Source of the DNA: Desulfomonilia bacterium
GTDB lineage: Bacteria > Desulfobacterota > Desulfomonilia > UBA1062
Length of the DNA: 64,000 bases
Reading direction: 5' to 3'
Assembly (NCBI GenBank): GCA_050014195.1
Contig: JBEKDT010000003.1
Span: forward strand, 160,001-224,000
Shown: positions 18,533 through 29,666 of the stretch, piece after piece
Position numbering within the stretch: the stretch's first letter is position 1
How the letters are laid out: every line of letters begins with the position of its first letter
The notes under the pieces: generated by a model
Seen by the model: the letters and a program-made list of their open reading frames with translations, nothing else
The model's database searches: none
Told to the model about the DNA's origin: nothing
Translations under genes and position numbers: made by a program

Positions 18533-19548
18533 CGGTTGCCGTACATCCTTTCATAATAGCTTATGTAGTCACCGGACATGATCCTTTCCCACCAAGGCTT
18601 ATTGGCGAGGTACCAGTCTATCGTGGAGGAAAGCCCGTGGGCAAAATCTATGGAAGGCCCCCACCCGAGCTCGCGGGCGATCTTCGAATAATCCATGGAA
18701 TACCGAAAGTCATGCCCCGGCCTGTCCTTCACGAAGCGGATCAATGTTTCGGGCTTGTCCAGATGCTCCAAGATGGTTTGCACAATCTCGATGTTCTCCT
18801 TCTCCGATCCGCCTCCAAGATTATATACCTCTCCCTTCACACCCTTTTCTGCCACGGTGACGATACCTCTGCAGTGATCCTCCACATAGATCCAATCCCT
18901 CACGTTTTTACCTTTCCCGTAAACAGGCAGCTCTTTATTATTCAGTGCATTCACCACCATCAACGGGATAAGCTTTTCAGGAAACTGATAAGGACCGTAG
19001 TTATTAGAACACCGTGTGATCACAGCATCCATGCCGTGGGTCTTGATATAGGCCCTCACCAAGAGGTCGGCAGCCGCCTTGGAAGCGGAGTAGGGGCTGT
19101 TGGGTGCCATGGACAGATCTTCTCTAAAACTGCCCTGACTTCCAAGGCTCCCATAAACCTCATCGGTGGAGACCTGTAAAAATCGCTTTACCCCATGCTT
19201 GAGGGCGGCATCCAGCAAAACCTGGACACCGACTACGTTGGTCCGAACGAATACCCCGGCCCCTTCGATACTTCTATCCACATGGCTCTCAGCCGCGAGA
19301 TTCAGCACCAGGTCAAATTTGTTTTGCTTGAAAAGATCCTCCACAAACCCGGGCTCGGCAATGTCTCCTCTGATAAATGAATACCTGGTTGGATAGTCCT
19401 TCTCTAGGCCGGCCGTATTTTCCAGGTTTCCCGCATAGGTCAACAGATCAAGATTGAACACCTTCCACTGGGGTCTATCATTCAAGATATACTTAATGAG
19501 GTTGGTTCCTATAAAGCCACAACCACCAGTAATGAGGACCTTTGTCAT
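18529..19548 (-). CDS. rfbB: dTDP-glucose 4,6-dehydratase
   Basis: GGCGFIG, AAESHVDRSI, STDEVYG, YSASK, DRPGHD. Confidence 0.97.
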   Translation of the reverse strand: MTKVLITGGCGFIGTNLIKYILNDRPQWKVFNLDLLTYAGNLENTAGLEKDYPTRYSFIRGDIAEPGFVEDLFKQNKFDLVLNLAAESHVDRSIEGAGVFVRTNVVGVQVLLDAALKHGVKRFLQVSTDEVYGSLGSQGSFREDLSMAPNSPYSASKAAADLLVRAYIKTHGMDAVITRCSNNYGPYQFPEKLIPLMVVNALNNKELPVYGKGKNVRDWIYVEDHCRGIVTVAEKGVKGEVYNLGGGSEKENIEIVQTILEHLDKPETLIRFVKDRPGHDFRYSMDYSKIARELGWGPSIDFAHGLSSTIDWYLANKPWWERIMSGDYISYYERMYGNR

Positions 19549-19647
19549 GAATCTCCTCCCTATGATGCCTATTACTTATCCTGTTTGTTCATCACCTTTG
19601 TGAGCCTGAACATGCTATCGGTCTAGACCTCTGACCGAAACAACCTT

Positions 19648-20397
19648 TTATGAACCGGCTTTTTCATATTCCACGCTCACGAGATACAGGCCCTGGGGTG
19701 GGGCTGTGGGTCCGGCAAAGGCCCTATCTTTGAGGGCCATGATCCGTTGTAAGTCTTCCGGTACAAGCTTTCCCTTGCCCACCAGCAGCAATGTGCCAAC
19801 AATGTTTCTTACCATATGCCGTAAAAATCCGCTACCTTGCATCCAGAAAAACACCTTGTTCCCCTTTTTTATAACCTCGGATGTAGTGATGATACGGGTG
19901 GTGGTCTTTACAGGAGAGCCTGCAGCCTTGAAGGATGCAAAATCATGCTCGCCTAGCAAGAAACCGGCCGCTTCCTGCATGGAGACACTGTCAAGCAGTC
20001 CCTCCACGTGCAAGGCATATCGCTCAAAGAAAGGGTTCCTCACAGGTGAGGTATCCATGACATAGACATATGTCTTGGATTTGGCCATGTGTCGCGCATG
20101 AAACTCCGGGGCGGCATACTCGGCAGAAAGGATTGCAATATCGCCGGGTAATATCGAGTTCAGCCCGCGGACAAGTCCATCTGTCGGTATGGTGGAGTGG
20201 GTCGGGAAATTGATCACCTGTGCAAAGGCATGAACGCCCGTATCGGTACGGCCGGAGGCTACAACACGGACAGGATGGCCTAAGATCACGTGGAGCGCCC
20301 CTTCTATGGTCTCCTGAACGGTCCTGGCCCCGTCCTGAATCTGCCAGCCAAAGAAGCCTGATCCATCATACGCGATTACACATTTGATATTCCTCAT
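19648..20397 (-). CDS. truA: tRNA pseudouridine(38-40) synthase
   Basis: YDGSGFFGWQ, SGRTDTGVHA, FLRHMVR, TAPPQGL. Confidence 0.96.
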   Translation of the reverse strand: MRNIKCVIAYDGSGFFGWQIQDGARTVQETIEGALHVILGHPVRVVASGRTDTGVHAFAQVINFPTHSTIPTDGLVRGLNSILPGDIAILSAEYAAPEFHARHMAKSKTYVYVMDTSPVRNPFFERYALHVEGLLDSVSMQEAAGFLLGEHDFASFKAAGSPVKTTTRIITTSEVIKKGNKVFFWMQGSGFLRHMVRNIVGTLLLVGKGKLVPEDLQRIMALKDRAFAGPTAPPQGLYLVSVEYEKAGS

Positions 20398-20456
20398 GAC
20401 AGGCACCATTCCTGCCGAAAGATATATAAAAACACACCAGCGAGGCAAGGATTAAC

Positions 20457-20813
20457 ATGAATCTCTTCGGATGGGGTCCCAGACACTTTCAAGTTGAATC
20501 CATGACGGCAGGCTGCAAGATAGGCGAGGGCTATATCCAGTGCTCTGTGGGTGAGGTGTCAGGCAGCGGCTTGATATGTGCTTTCCCGACGAGCCGCATA
20601 CAGGTAAGCCTGATGGATATGCTCGATAAAGCCATATCGATCAGCATCGACAATAAGCTCATGGAAGGGACCCTCACTTGGTATACAATAGAAGAGTCGA
20701 CTTACCGGATCGGGATCACCATTGACCATAAAGATCGAACTGCATGGCGAAAGATTATTGATTGCAGGTGCAGGGGGGTGATGCACACCTCCACCAGGCC
20801 GGCCTCTGTATAA
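20457..20813 (+). CDS. Small hypothetical protein, possibly PilZ-like beta-barrel
   Basis: Fills the gap between truA and the M16 peptidase gene; PRH and EVSGSG resemble PilZ motifs. Confidence 0.45.
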   Translation: MNLFGWGPRHFQVESMTAGCKIGEGYIQCSVGEVSGSGLICAFPTSRIQVSLMDMLDKAISISIDNKLMEGTLTWYTIEESTYRIGITIDHKDRTAWRKIIDCRCRGVMHTSTRPASV

Positions 20814-20816
20814 GCC

Positions 20817-22076
20817 TTATGAAGAGACCGGGGTCCACTGGATCGTCTTCTGGTCGATTCTACCCAAAGAGACAAACGTGAGCTTGTCCTCAATGAAAAT
20901 ATCGTTGGCCAAGGCCACGATATCATCGAGACTGACTGCCTGGAGCTTTTCCATGACCTCTTCCACGGTTATCTCGCGTCCGTAGTAAACCTCATTCTTT
21001 GCCATTGACGACATCCTGTTCACCGAGCTTTCTCTGGCAAGGAGCAGATTTCCTTTGATCTGCGCCTTGATGTCCTCAAGCTTCATGTCTTTAAGATCTC
21101 CGGATTTGATCCTCTTCATCTGGGTACTGATCACTTCCAGGGTCTTGTTTACGTTCTCTGGTGTGCATGCTGCATAGATGGCCAATACCCCACAGTCTCG
21201 GTATGCATTGAGAAATGAGTAAATGGAATATACAAGACCCAGCTCTTCCCTGGCCTCCTGAAAGAGCATTGAGCTCATGCTCCCGCCGAGCATGGTGTTG
21301 AGTACAATGTAGGCCCAGCGCTTCTCGTCGTTCATGGCGGAGCCGGTAGTCCCCAAAGTGAAGTGGACCTGCTCGATATCTTTAGAGTACATCTTCCTCA
21401 CTCCACTTAAGGAGTCCGGGATCTGTTCGTCATAGCGGCCTTGCCTTTGATCCATTCCTTCAAACAGGGGCGTGGTGAAATTCACCAATTCCTGGTGATC
21501 GAGGTTGCCGGCCCCGGCAACAATGATGGAATTCGGTGCATATGAGGTGTTTAAGAATTCGATGATGCTCTGCCTCCCGAAAGATCCCACATGCTCAATG
21601 GTTCCAAGGATTGAGATCCCCAGCGTCGTGTCATGGAAAAAGGCCTCGGCAAAGAGATCTGTGATGTAATCGTCCGGCGTGTCTTCGGTCATCCTGATCT
21701 CCTGGAGCACGACCTTCTTTTCCTTTTCCAGTTCATCAGGGTTGATCTCTGCATTGAGAAAAAGATCATAGAGGATGTCTGCAGCCTTGAAGAGATGTTC
21801 ATCAAGCACCTTGGTGTAGTATACGGTATACTCTTTCGCTGTCTGTGCGTTCAAGTGTCCGCCCAGGGCATCTATCTCTTTAGCTATCTGCATGGCAGAG
21901 CGACGCTTTGTCCCCTTGAATAACATATGCTCGGTGAAATGGGCGATCCCGCGATCCTTCGGAGGATCATTGCGAGAGCCCACATTCACCCATACGCCTA
22001 AGGAGACCGAGCGGATACCCGGCATATACTCGGTCAGAATTCTGACACCGTTGGGAAGGAGCGTGGAGTTGATCAT
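20817..22076 (-). CDS. M16 (pitrilysin) family zinc peptidase
   Basis: HFTEHMLFKGT (HxxEH), GGSMSSMLFQE; usual position after pnp. Confidence 0.93.
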   Translation of the reverse strand: MINSTLLPNGVRILTEYMPGIRSVSLGVWVNVGSRNDPPKDRGIAHFTEHMLFKGTKRRSAMQIAKEIDALGGHLNAQTAKEYTVYYTKVLDEHLFKAADILYDLFLNAEINPDELEKEKKVVLQEIRMTEDTPDDYITDLFAEAFFHDTTLGISILGTIEHVGSFGRQSIIEFLNTSYAPNSIIVAGAGNLDHQELVNFTTPLFEGMDQRQGRYDEQIPDSLSGVRKMYSKDIEQVHFTLGTTGSAMNDEKRWAYIVLNTMLGGSMSSMLFQEAREELGLVYSIYSFLNAYRDCGVLAIYAACTPENVNKTLEVISTQMKRIKSGDLKDMKLEDIKAQIKGNLLLARESSVNRMSSMAKNEVYYGREITVEEVMEKLQAVSLDDIVALANDIFIEDKLTFVSLGRIDQKTIQWTPVSS

Positions 22077-22083
22077 TTAAGCG

Positions 22084-24171
22084 TCAGTGGCTGGTTTCGC
22101 TCAGGGCTTCCTTGCGTGATAAACGAATCTTCCCTGTCTTAGAATCAATTCCGATGACCTTGACAAGGATTTCATCCCCCTCCTTGACCACGTCCCGAAC
22201 ATTCTTGACACGCTCATTGGAGAGCTGAGAGATATGAACGAGGCCTGACTCTCCGGAGGGGAAATCAACAAATGCCCCGAAATCCATGATCTTCACTACC
22301 TTGCCACTGTATACACGGCCGATCTCAAGTTCCTTAGTGAGTGTTTGGATCATGTCGACAGCCATCTTAGCGTGATCCTCGTCCGGAGAGAAGATGTCCA
22401 CCCTGCCGGAATCATCGATCTCGATCTTGGTGTCCGTCTTGGCGGTGATGTCTTTGATTACTTTGCCGCCTGGGCCGATGATATCGCGAATCTTCTCCGG
22501 ATTGATGTGCAAGGTATAGATCCTGGGGGCATAAGGAGATATTACCGATTTAGGTTCGGTAATGGCCCTGCCCATCTTCTCTAAGATAGAGATTCTTCCT
22601 ATGCGGGCCTTTTCAAGGGCATCGCGTAACACTGCCTCCGGGATGCCGGATATCTTGATGTCCATCTGCAGTGCGGTTATACCGTCAGTAGTGCCGGCGA
22701 CTTTAAAATCCATGTCACCGATATGATCTTCATCACCCAAGATATCGGAGAGAACCATATATTCGTCGCCCTCCTTCAGAAGCCCCATAGCGATGCCGGC
22801 AACAGGCTTTTTCACCGGTACGCCGGCATCCATTAAAGACATGGACCCGCCGCAAACCGTAGCCATTGAGGATGAGCCATTGGATTCGAGGATCTCCGAG
22901 ACAAGGCGGATAGTATAGGGGAAAGCGCCTTCCTCTGGAAGGACCTTGCTCAGTGCCCTCTCCGCAAGGTTTCCGTGCCCGATCTCTCGCCTGCTGGGTC
23001 CTCTGAGCATCCTCACCTCTCCCACGGAAAAGGGAGGGAAGGAGTAATGGAGCATGAAGGATTTCGTTGTCTCACCGAGTAATGTTTCCACCCTCTGTTC
23101 ATCCCTTGGTGTGCCAAGCGTCGTGGTGGCGAGTGCCTGAGTTTCGCCCCGGGTAAAAAGCGCCGAGCCGTGGGTACGAGGAAGGATCCCTACCATGCAA
23201 TCGATAGTGCGGATATCGTCAAATCCCCTGCCGTCGATGCGACTGCGCTTGGCCTTCATCAAAGAACGTATGGTTTTCTTTTCCACCTCGGAAAAGGCCT
23301 CTTTCACAAAAGACTGCCGGTCTTCGGTGTCATCGGCAAAGGCCTTCAGCACATCCTCTTTCAGTTGTTCAATAAGGGCCTGCCGGGCCTGTTTTGAGTT
23401 GGCCCCCGCGATGATCTGCTCGAAACGGGGAGATGCCATCTTCATGATCTCCTCGAAGAGCACCGGGTTCTCTTGCGGGGAGGCAATCTTCATCTTTTCC
23501 TTGCCGACGGCCCTTCCGAGCTCCTCAATTGCCTCCACTACCTCTATGATCCTCTTGTGGGCAAATGAAATCGCATCAATTATTGTGCTTTCGGAGAGTT
23601 CATTCGCCTCGCCCTCCACCATTACAATGGCGTTCCTTGTGCCTACTACCAGCAGATCCAAGGAACTGCTTTCCAGCTGTGCCACTGAGGGGTCGATGAT
23701 GAATTCACCATTGATCAGGCCGACACGAGCACCTCCCACAGGCTCTAAAAATGGTATGCTTGATATATGCAGCGCAGCAGAAGCCCCGTTGACCGCCATG
23801 ACATCCGGCGTACATGCCGGGTCGGCGGAGAGCACCATGGCGATGATCTGTAATTCATTATGGAAGTTGGATGGGAAGAGGGGGCGGATAGGCCTGTCAA
23901 TACACCGTGCCGTTAATATCTCCTGGGCACCCGGCCTGCCGTCCCGCTTGATAAATCCGCCCTTGATCCTGCCCGCTGCATAGCTCATCTCCTGGTACTC
24001 GACCACGAGCGGCAGAAAATCCACGCCCTTACGTTCTTCCTTAGCTACAGTAGCTGTGACGAGAACCACACTGTCTCCTTGATGTACAAGGACTGCGCCA
24101 TCTGCCTGTCTGGCTACCGTTCCGACTTCAAATATGAGAGGGAGCCCTGTCCCTTTTGCCTGTATTTTCAT
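22084..24171 (-). CDS. pnp: Polyribonucleotide nucleotidyltransferase
   Basis: ARQADG, FTRGETQ, RREIGHG, ESNGSSSMA; KH and S1 domains. Confidence 0.98.
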   Translation of the reverse strand: MKIQAKGTGLPLIFEVGTVARQADGAVLVHQGDSVVLVTATVAKEERKGVDFLPLVVEYQEMSYAAGRIKGGFIKRDGRPGAQEILTARCIDRPIRPLFPSNFHNELQIIAMVLSADPACTPDVMAVNGASAALHISSIPFLEPVGGARVGLINGEFIIDPSVAQLESSSLDLLVVGTRNAIVMVEGEANELSESTIIDAISFAHKRIIEVVEAIEELGRAVGKEKMKIASPQENPVLFEEIMKMASPRFEQIIAGANSKQARQALIEQLKEDVLKAFADDTEDRQSFVKEAFSEVEKKTIRSLMKAKRSRIDGRGFDDIRTIDCMVGILPRTHGSALFTRGETQALATTTLGTPRDEQRVETLLGETTKSFMLHYSFPPFSVGEVRMLRGPSRREIGHGNLAERALSKVLPEEGAFPYTIRLVSEILESNGSSSMATVCGGSMSLMDAGVPVKKPVAGIAMGLLKEGDEYMVLSDILGDEDHIGDMDFKVAGTTDGITALQMDIKISGIPEAVLRDALEKARIGRISILEKMGRAITEPKSVISPYAPRIYTLHINPEKIRDIIGPGGKVIKDITAKTDTKIEIDDSGRVDIFSPDEDHAKMAVDMIQTLTKELEIGRVYSGKVVKIMDFGAFVDFPSGESGLVHISQLSNERVKNVRDVVKEGDEILVKVIGIDSKTGKIRLSRKEALSETSH

Positions 24172-24194
24172 GTTCTCTCTGGCTTCCTATGTCA

Positions 24195-24464
24195 TTATTT
24201 CCGCAGGTTCAATGTCTGAACCAGCTCGCGGTAACGTTTGATATCATGATCACGAAGGTAATTTAAAAGCCTTCTCCTCTGCCCGACGAGCATGAGAAGG
24301 CCGCGGCGGGAGTGATGGTCCTTCTTGTGAACCTTAAAATGCTCGGTGAGATCATTGATCCTCTTGGTAAGGATCGCCACTTGGACATCGGGGGAGCCGG
24401 TATCATTCTCATTTCTCTTGTGCTGATCGATAATCTGCTTTTTTTCCTCTGCATGTAAAGCCAC
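24195..24464 (-). CDS. rpsO: 30S ribosomal protein S15
   Basis: [22 protein letters not shown]. Confidence 0.98.
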   Translation of the reverse strand: MALHAEEKKQIIDQHKRNENDTGSPDVQVAILTKRINDLTEHFKVHKKDHHSRRGLLMLVGQRRRLLNYLRDHDIKRYRELVQTLNLRK

Positions 24465-24583
24465 TTCGTAATCCTCCTGAGTATATATGCGTCCTATTTT
24501 TTCTGTTTCACTGTCTCTTCACACACGTTTCCCGTCAAAATTAGATCAGGAGCTTACCACACCTTAATTTCTGCTGTAAATAG

Positions 24584-25477
24584 CTAATAAGGCTTGAAAC
24601 CCCTGGTGATATGTCCCCAGATGCCTCCCTCTCGGTTCACCCTTGCTATACAGAGGAGGATCCCGTGCATGTTAAGAACCGCCACGTATGTGCCCTCGGG
24701 CGCCGCCACATCATCGATGACCCAAGACAACTGGATGGACTGTCCATCCCTGACCCCCTGCTCGCCCATTTTCGTCACACGTGCCTTGGGGATGTTAAGC
24801 GCGTCTATAAGAGGGATAACGGTCTGCTCCCCGAGCCTTGCCAGCTCATCGAGACTGGTTGCATGCTCAATGCTGAACCCCTCACTTCGTATCCTCTTGA
24901 GTTCCCGCAGGTATCCTCCGCATCCAAGATGCAAGCCGAGGTCCCTGGCTATTGACCTGATGTAGGTGCCCCTTGAGCAAACGATACGGACACCGGCCCA
25001 GTCAGGACCCGTTTGGAGAATCTCGGCATCTTCGAGGTAGACCTGTTTGGGTCTGGGATTCACTTCCTTGTTGGCCCTTTTAAGCTTATAGAGGGGTTTA
25101 CCGTTGAGCTTCTGTGCACAATAGTCCGGCGGGAGCTGATTGATCCACCCCCTATTTTCATCGAACCATGCCTTCAACTTGCCCGGATCAATAGATACAG
25201 AGTCAAACCGCTTTGTAACCTTGCCGGTTACATCATCCGTATCCGTGGACATCTCAAATCCGATCAGTGCGATATATTCCTTCTGATGGGTCTGCATGAA
25301 AGGCAGGAGCTTCGTGCCTTGACCAATACCGAGACAGAGCAGACCTGTGGCGAAGGGATCAAGAGAACCGAAATGGCCCGCCCTCTTCACCTTCAGGATG
25401 TCCATTACCTTATCCACGGCCTTGCGAGAGGTGATGTCCTTGGGCTTGTCAATGAGCACGATGCCGTCTAAAGCCAC
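24584..25477 (-). CDS. truB: tRNA pseudouridine(55) synthase
   Basis: GHFGSLDPFATG, CSRGTYIRSIARDLG. Confidence 0.95.
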   Translation of the reverse strand: MALDGIVLIDKPKDITSRKAVDKVMDILKVKRAGHFGSLDPFATGLLCLGIGQGTKLLPFMQTHQKEYIALIGFEMSTDTDDVTGKVTKRFDSVSIDPGKLKAWFDENRGWINQLPPDYCAQKLNGKPLYKLKRANKEVNPRPKQVYLEDAEILQTGPDWAGVRIVCSRGTYIRSIARDLGLHLGCGGYLRELKRIRSEGFSIEHATSLDELARLGEQTVIPLIDALNIPKARVTKMGEQGVRDGQSIQLSWVIDDVAAPEGTYVAVLNMHGILLCIARVNREGGIWGHITRGFKPY

Positions 25478-26388
25478 TTGAGACCTTCCTTGATGACTTC
25501 ATGAATGAGGTCTGCCGGTTTGCCTTTCATGGTGAAGCCTGCCGCCAGGCCATGCCCTCCTCCTCCGAAGGCGCTGGCTGTCTTCAGGGCGGCGTCTGCG
25601 ACCTTGCTCCTGATGGAGCAGTGGACAGAGCCTTCTTGCAGCTCTTTAAGAAAAATAATGAGGTTGGAGCCTGCTATGGACGCCATCTCCTCTACGATCC
25701 CGGATGCATCCTCAGACCGGGCGTTAAACTCCTTGACCTCTTCGAAAGATATATAGCTGGCAAAGAGGCCGCCACGAATGATCATGCGATTCATCACCGT
25801 GCAGAGGATGCGATAGAAGGCAATGGCCTTGGTCTTTTTAAGCCGGTAGGCAATTTTGTGCGGATCTGCTCCTGCAACGGTCAGCTCGTGTGCTATTTGA
25901 AAGATGTATGCGTTTGTGTTTGCATGGATGAAACCCCCCGTGTCTCCGAAGAGTCCCATATAGAGGTTCGAGGCAATTGAAGGTGTGATCGATACCTTCA
26001 GCTCGCCCAGAAGACCATACACCATCTCACAGGTCGAGGATCTCTCGGGATCGATCCAGGAGGCATATCCCATATCTCCTGTTGTCCTGTGATGATCGAT
26101 CACCACGAGCTTGCCCCTGGGCTTAACCTTCTTGATCATGACCATATCCGAGACATCCACCAGGATGGAGATCTCAGGCGCATCAATGTCTTGTCCTACC
26201 GGTGTATCGGTAAAGGTGAGTGCATCGGGGATGGGGGTAGGATAGATAAGGCAGACGGATTTCCCCAAGGCAACAAGCGCGAGGCCCAAAGCCTTTGATG
26301 CACCAACGGCGTCCTCGTCCGGGCTCTCATGCGTGATGATCTCGAAGGAGAGGTGCTCCTGTATGATCTCAGCTATCCTGGTCTTCAT
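25468..26388 (-). CDS. nrnA: DHH-family oligoribonuclease/pAp phosphatase
   Basis: HESPDEDA, IDHH, DTGGF, GGGGH. Confidence 0.88.
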   Translation of the reverse strand: MKTRIAEIIQEHLSFEIITHESPDEDAVGASKALGLALVALGKSVCLIYPTPIPDALTFTDTPVGQDIDAPEISILVDVSDMVMIKKVKPRGKLVVIDHHRTTGDMGYASWIDPERSSTCEMVYGLLGELKVSITPSIASNLYMGLFGDTGGFIHANTNAYIFQIAHELTVAGADPHKIAYRLKKTKAIAFYRILCTVMNRMIIRGGLFASYISFEEVKEFNARSEDASGIVEEMASIAGSNLIIFLKELQEGSVHCSIRSKVADAALKTASAFGGGGHGLAAGFTMKGKPADLIHEVIKEGLKWL

Positions 26389-26731
26389 GTTTGCCAATGG
26401 TCTCAAGGATACCATCTATCTTGGCGCCGTAATCGAAGGATTCATCAAAGGAAAAAAACAGGCTCGGCACGGCCCTCAGGCTCAGTTCCTTCTTGAGCTC
26501 ATGTCGTAAGAACCCTGCTGCGCTCTTGAGCCCATCCAAGGCCTCGTCTTTCCTCGACGTGTCCATCAAACAAAAAAAGATGCGAGCGTTCTTCAGATCT
26601 ACACTCACATCAACTCCCGTGATGGTGATCCCTTCCACCCGTGGATCCTTGACTTTGCGGTGGATCATTTCTGCGATGGTCTGCTTGAGGAGATCGCCCA
26701 CCCGGGCTTGCCGTACACTTAAGATCTTCAT
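26369..26731 (-). CDS. rbfA: Ribosome-binding factor A
   Basis: VKDPRV, SVDLKNA, AAGFLR, LRAVPSL; operon context. Confidence 0.95.
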   Translation of the reverse strand: MKILSVRQARVGDLLKQTIAEMIHRKVKDPRVEGITITGVDVSVDLKNARIFFCLMDTSRKDEALDGLKSAAGFLRHELKKELSLRAVPSLFFSFDESFDYGAKIDGILETIGKHEDQDS

Positions 26732-27012
26732 ATGTGTATAATCTCTATCCTGCTGGAGAGCATCTCTACTTCGCCGTTATCTTCAATGCCTTGAATGATT
26801 TTGTCGAGCACTGAATTGACGAATCCTGCATCATTGCTCACGAGCGTTATGCCTAAGGTTGCGGCCTGCCATTTGTCGTTGTCGTCCACTTCCGCTACGG
26901 ACACGTTCATCCTCGACAGGCGGTCTTTGAGAGATTTCAAGACTTTTCGCTTCTCTTTTAATGACCGTGCCCCGAGGATCATGAGCCGGGCCTCGCAGGC
27001 GCCTATCACCAC
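26728..27012 (-). CDS. DUF503 (YlxP) protein
   Basis: SLKEKR, NVSVAEV; between infB and rbfA. Confidence 0.9.
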   Translation of the reverse strand: MVIGACEARLMILGARSLKEKRKVLKSLKDRLSRMNVSVAEVDDNDKWQAATLGITLVSNDAGFVNSVLDKIIQGIEDNGEVEMLSSRIEIIHI

Positions 27013-29666
27013 GTAGCAGTATTCTCCACTTTCTCCTGGGTGAACGCCTCTATGATGTCGCCGACCTTGATATCGTTATAGTTTCCAAGGCTGATGCCGC
27101 ACTCAAAGCCCGTTGCCACTTCTTTGGCATCGTCCTTAAACCTCCTCAGCGACTCGACCCTGCCCTCATGGATGACCACACTATCACGCAGAAGACGTGC
27201 TTGGGCACCTCTGACCAGAGTGCCCTCGGTGACCATGCATCCTGCGATAATTCCTATCTTGGGGACCTTGAAGATATCCCGCACCTCGGCCCGGCCTTGT
27301 ATGACCTCCTGGTAGACAGGCTCGAGCATGCCGCGTAATGCCTGTTTGATGTCCTCGATGAGATCATAGATGATGGTGTACAGCTTGATCTCGATATTAC
27401 TCTTCTTGGCCAGGTCCCTCACCTTCGGTTCGGGCCTTACATTGAATCCGACAATGATCGCCATGGAGGTTGAGGCAAGAAGCACGTCGTTCTCCGTGAT
27501 GCCGCCTACTGCAGAATGGATCACATTGATACGCATGTCTTCACCGGTATCGATGCCCTTGACCGCATTGACAATGGCCTCTACGGTTCCGTGCACGTCG
27601 CCCTTGATGATCAGGCTGAGCTCCTTGAGCTTACCCTCCTTCACCTGGTTGTAAAGGTCCTCCAGCGTTACTTGGGCCTTCTGCTCGGGCGCCTGGAGAC
27701 GGGTTATGCTCACCTTCTCCTGGAGGTATTCGATGATCTCCTTTGCCTTCTTCTCGTTGGGAACTACAAACATGCTGTCTCCCGCAGACGGCGGCTCTGT
27801 GAGCCCGGTGATCTCCACGGGCGTGCCCGGGGTTGCTTGATCGATGGGCACCCCCCTGAAGTCATACATGGCCCTTGCCTTGCCCCATCTGGACCCGATA
27901 ATGAAGATGTCCCCCTTCTTTAACTCGCCCTGCTGGATGAGCATGGTGCACATGGGGCCCTTGTTTTTGTCGAGTTTGGATTCCAGCACCACACCTTTCG
28001 CCGGGCCGTCTGCCTGGACTTTGATATCCATGATCTCTGCCTGGAGCAGAATCATCTCCAGAAGATCTTCTATGCCGATGTGCTTCTTTGCCGACACATC
28101 CACATAAATGGTATCTCCGCCCCAATCTTCCGGCACAAGCCCGAGTTCGGAGAGCTGCTCGCGGACCCGCATGGGATTGGCATTGGGTTTGTCGATCTTG
28201 TTCACCGCAACAAGGATGGGGATCTTTGCAGCCCGGGCATGATTTATGGCCTCTTTTGTCTGGTCCATAACACCATCGTCTGCGGCAACGACAAGCACCA
28301 CGAAGTCCGTGGCCTGAGCCCCGCGGGATCTCATGGAGGTGAATGCCTCATGGCCGGGTGTGTCGATGAAGGTGATAAGCCTGTCCTTGCACTGCGCCTG
28401 ATATGCACCAATATGTTGAGTTATCCCGCCGAATTCACTGTCAATAACGTTTTCGGACCTGATGGCATCGAGCAGGGATGTTTTCCCGTGGTCGACATGC
28501 CCCATAACCGTCACAACAGGAGGTCTCGGGACCAGATTTCCAGGCATTTGGACCGTCTCGGTGAAGTACTCCTCGCGGATCTCATCACGGGTCTCCTCGG
28601 TCTCGAAGCCGAGCTCAGTAGCAACAAACGTGGCCTCTTCCGGAGATATGTACTGGTTCTGGGTGGCCATGATCCCAAGTTCCATGAGAACCTTGATGAC
28701 CTCTGACACCTTTACGCCCATCTCCTTGGCGAGGTTGGCCACGGTTATGGTGGCTCCTATCTTGAGTTTCTTTTTCTTGAGCATCTGAACCTGCTGGAGC
28801 CCTCTCCTATCCTTTTTCTTCTTGAGTTTCTTCCCCTGGGTTGTCCTGCCTGCACCATAGAGGTCGGTCTGGGTGTAGACCTCCGTCTCCGGGACAGGCT
28901 CGGGCTTCGGCTTCAGTATAGCGACGCGAGCCCCGGTCTTATCAACACCCGCTTCTTCCTCTTCTGCAAGGACTTCAGTGGCCTTTGGCGGCTTCTTGCC
29001 TTTCTTTTTATCCTTCTTCTTTATCTCTTTTTCTTCTTCCTTCTCGATCTCCTGGGGTTTGACGATTACTCCGGGAACCGGGGAAACGGCTGCCGTGGTC
29101 TGTGCCGGCTCAGCCTTGGAAATGTCTGAGCCAGGGGCTACAGGAGTCTTTGCCGGTTCAATAAAGGGTTCTTCGAGAGCAGGTGTAGCTTTCATCTCTT
29201 TTTGTGTTTCTTCAAACGCAACACCCGGTGTAGCCGGAGATACCGCAACGGACGCTTCCTCTTTCAGGACAGCCTCTTTTCCCGGTGTCTCCTTCTTTTT
29301 AGGAGGCTTCTTCTTTTCGGCTTTTTCCTGCGCAACTACCTCAAACTCGTCTCCCTCGGGTTTTGGTTGTGCCTCTTGTGCAGAGGAGACCTCCGGTGCA
29401 GGGGCTTCCGATAAGGGGACGGCCTTGGCCCTGCGGCGAATGATGTTCGTACTTACCCTCTGTTCTTCATAAACATCCTGAAGCGGCAGATCATCCTTTT
29501 TCTGGGTGTCTTTCTCGAGCCGCTTCCTGATCCTCTCGATATCATGGATGTCGAGGATGCTCATGGTGTTTTCCACAGAAATGGCCAAGTCCTTGGCAAC
29601 GCGGAGCAGCTCTTTTGCCTCGATGGAAAGGTCTTTTGCCAGTTCGAAAACCCTCATTTTTTTCAT
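27006..29666 (-). CDS. infB: Translation initiation factor IF-2
   Basis: [20 protein letters not shown]; long charged N-terminal region. Confidence 0.98.
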   Translation of the reverse strand: MKKMRVFELAKDLSIEAKELLRVAKDLAISVENTMSILDIHDIERIRKRLEKDTQKKDDLPLQDVYEEQRVSTNIIRRRAKAVPLSEAPAPEVSSAQEAQPKPEGDEFEVVAQEKAEKKKPPKKKETPGKEAVLKEEASVAVSPATPGVAFEETQKEMKATPALEEPFIEPAKTPVAPGSDISKAEPAQTTAAVSPVPGVIVKPQEIEKEEEKEIKKKDKKKGKKPPKATEVLAEEEEAGVDKTGARVAILKPKPEPVPETEVYTQTDLYGAGRTTQGKKLKKKKDRRGLQQVQMLKKKKLKIGATITVANLAKEMGVKVSEVIKVLMELGIMATQNQYISPEEATFVATELGFETEETRDEIREEYFTETVQMPGNLVPRPPVVTVMGHVDHGKTSLLDAIRSENVIDSEFGGITQHIGAYQAQCKDRLITFIDTPGHEAFTSMRSRGAQATDFVVLVVAADDGVMDQTKEAINHARAAKIPILVAVNKIDKPNANPMRVREQLSELGLVPEDWGGDTIYVDVSAKKHIGIEDLLEMILLQAEIMDIKVQADGPAKGVVLESKLDKNKGPMCTMLIQQGELKKGDIFIIGSRWGKARAMYDFRGVPIDQATPGTPVEITGLTEPPSAGDSMFVVPNEKKAKEIIEYLQEKVSITRLQAPEQKAQVTLEDLYNQVKEGKLKELSLIIKGDVHGTVEAIVNAVKGIDTGEDMRINVIHSAVGGITENDVLLASTSMAIIVGFNVRPEPKVRDLAKKSNIEIKLYTIIYDLIEDIKQALRGMLEPVYQEVIQGRAEVRDIFKVPKIGIIAGCMVTEGTLVRGAQARLLRDSVVIHEGRVESLRRFKDDAKEVATGFECGISLGNYNDIKVGDIIEAFTQEKVENTATW

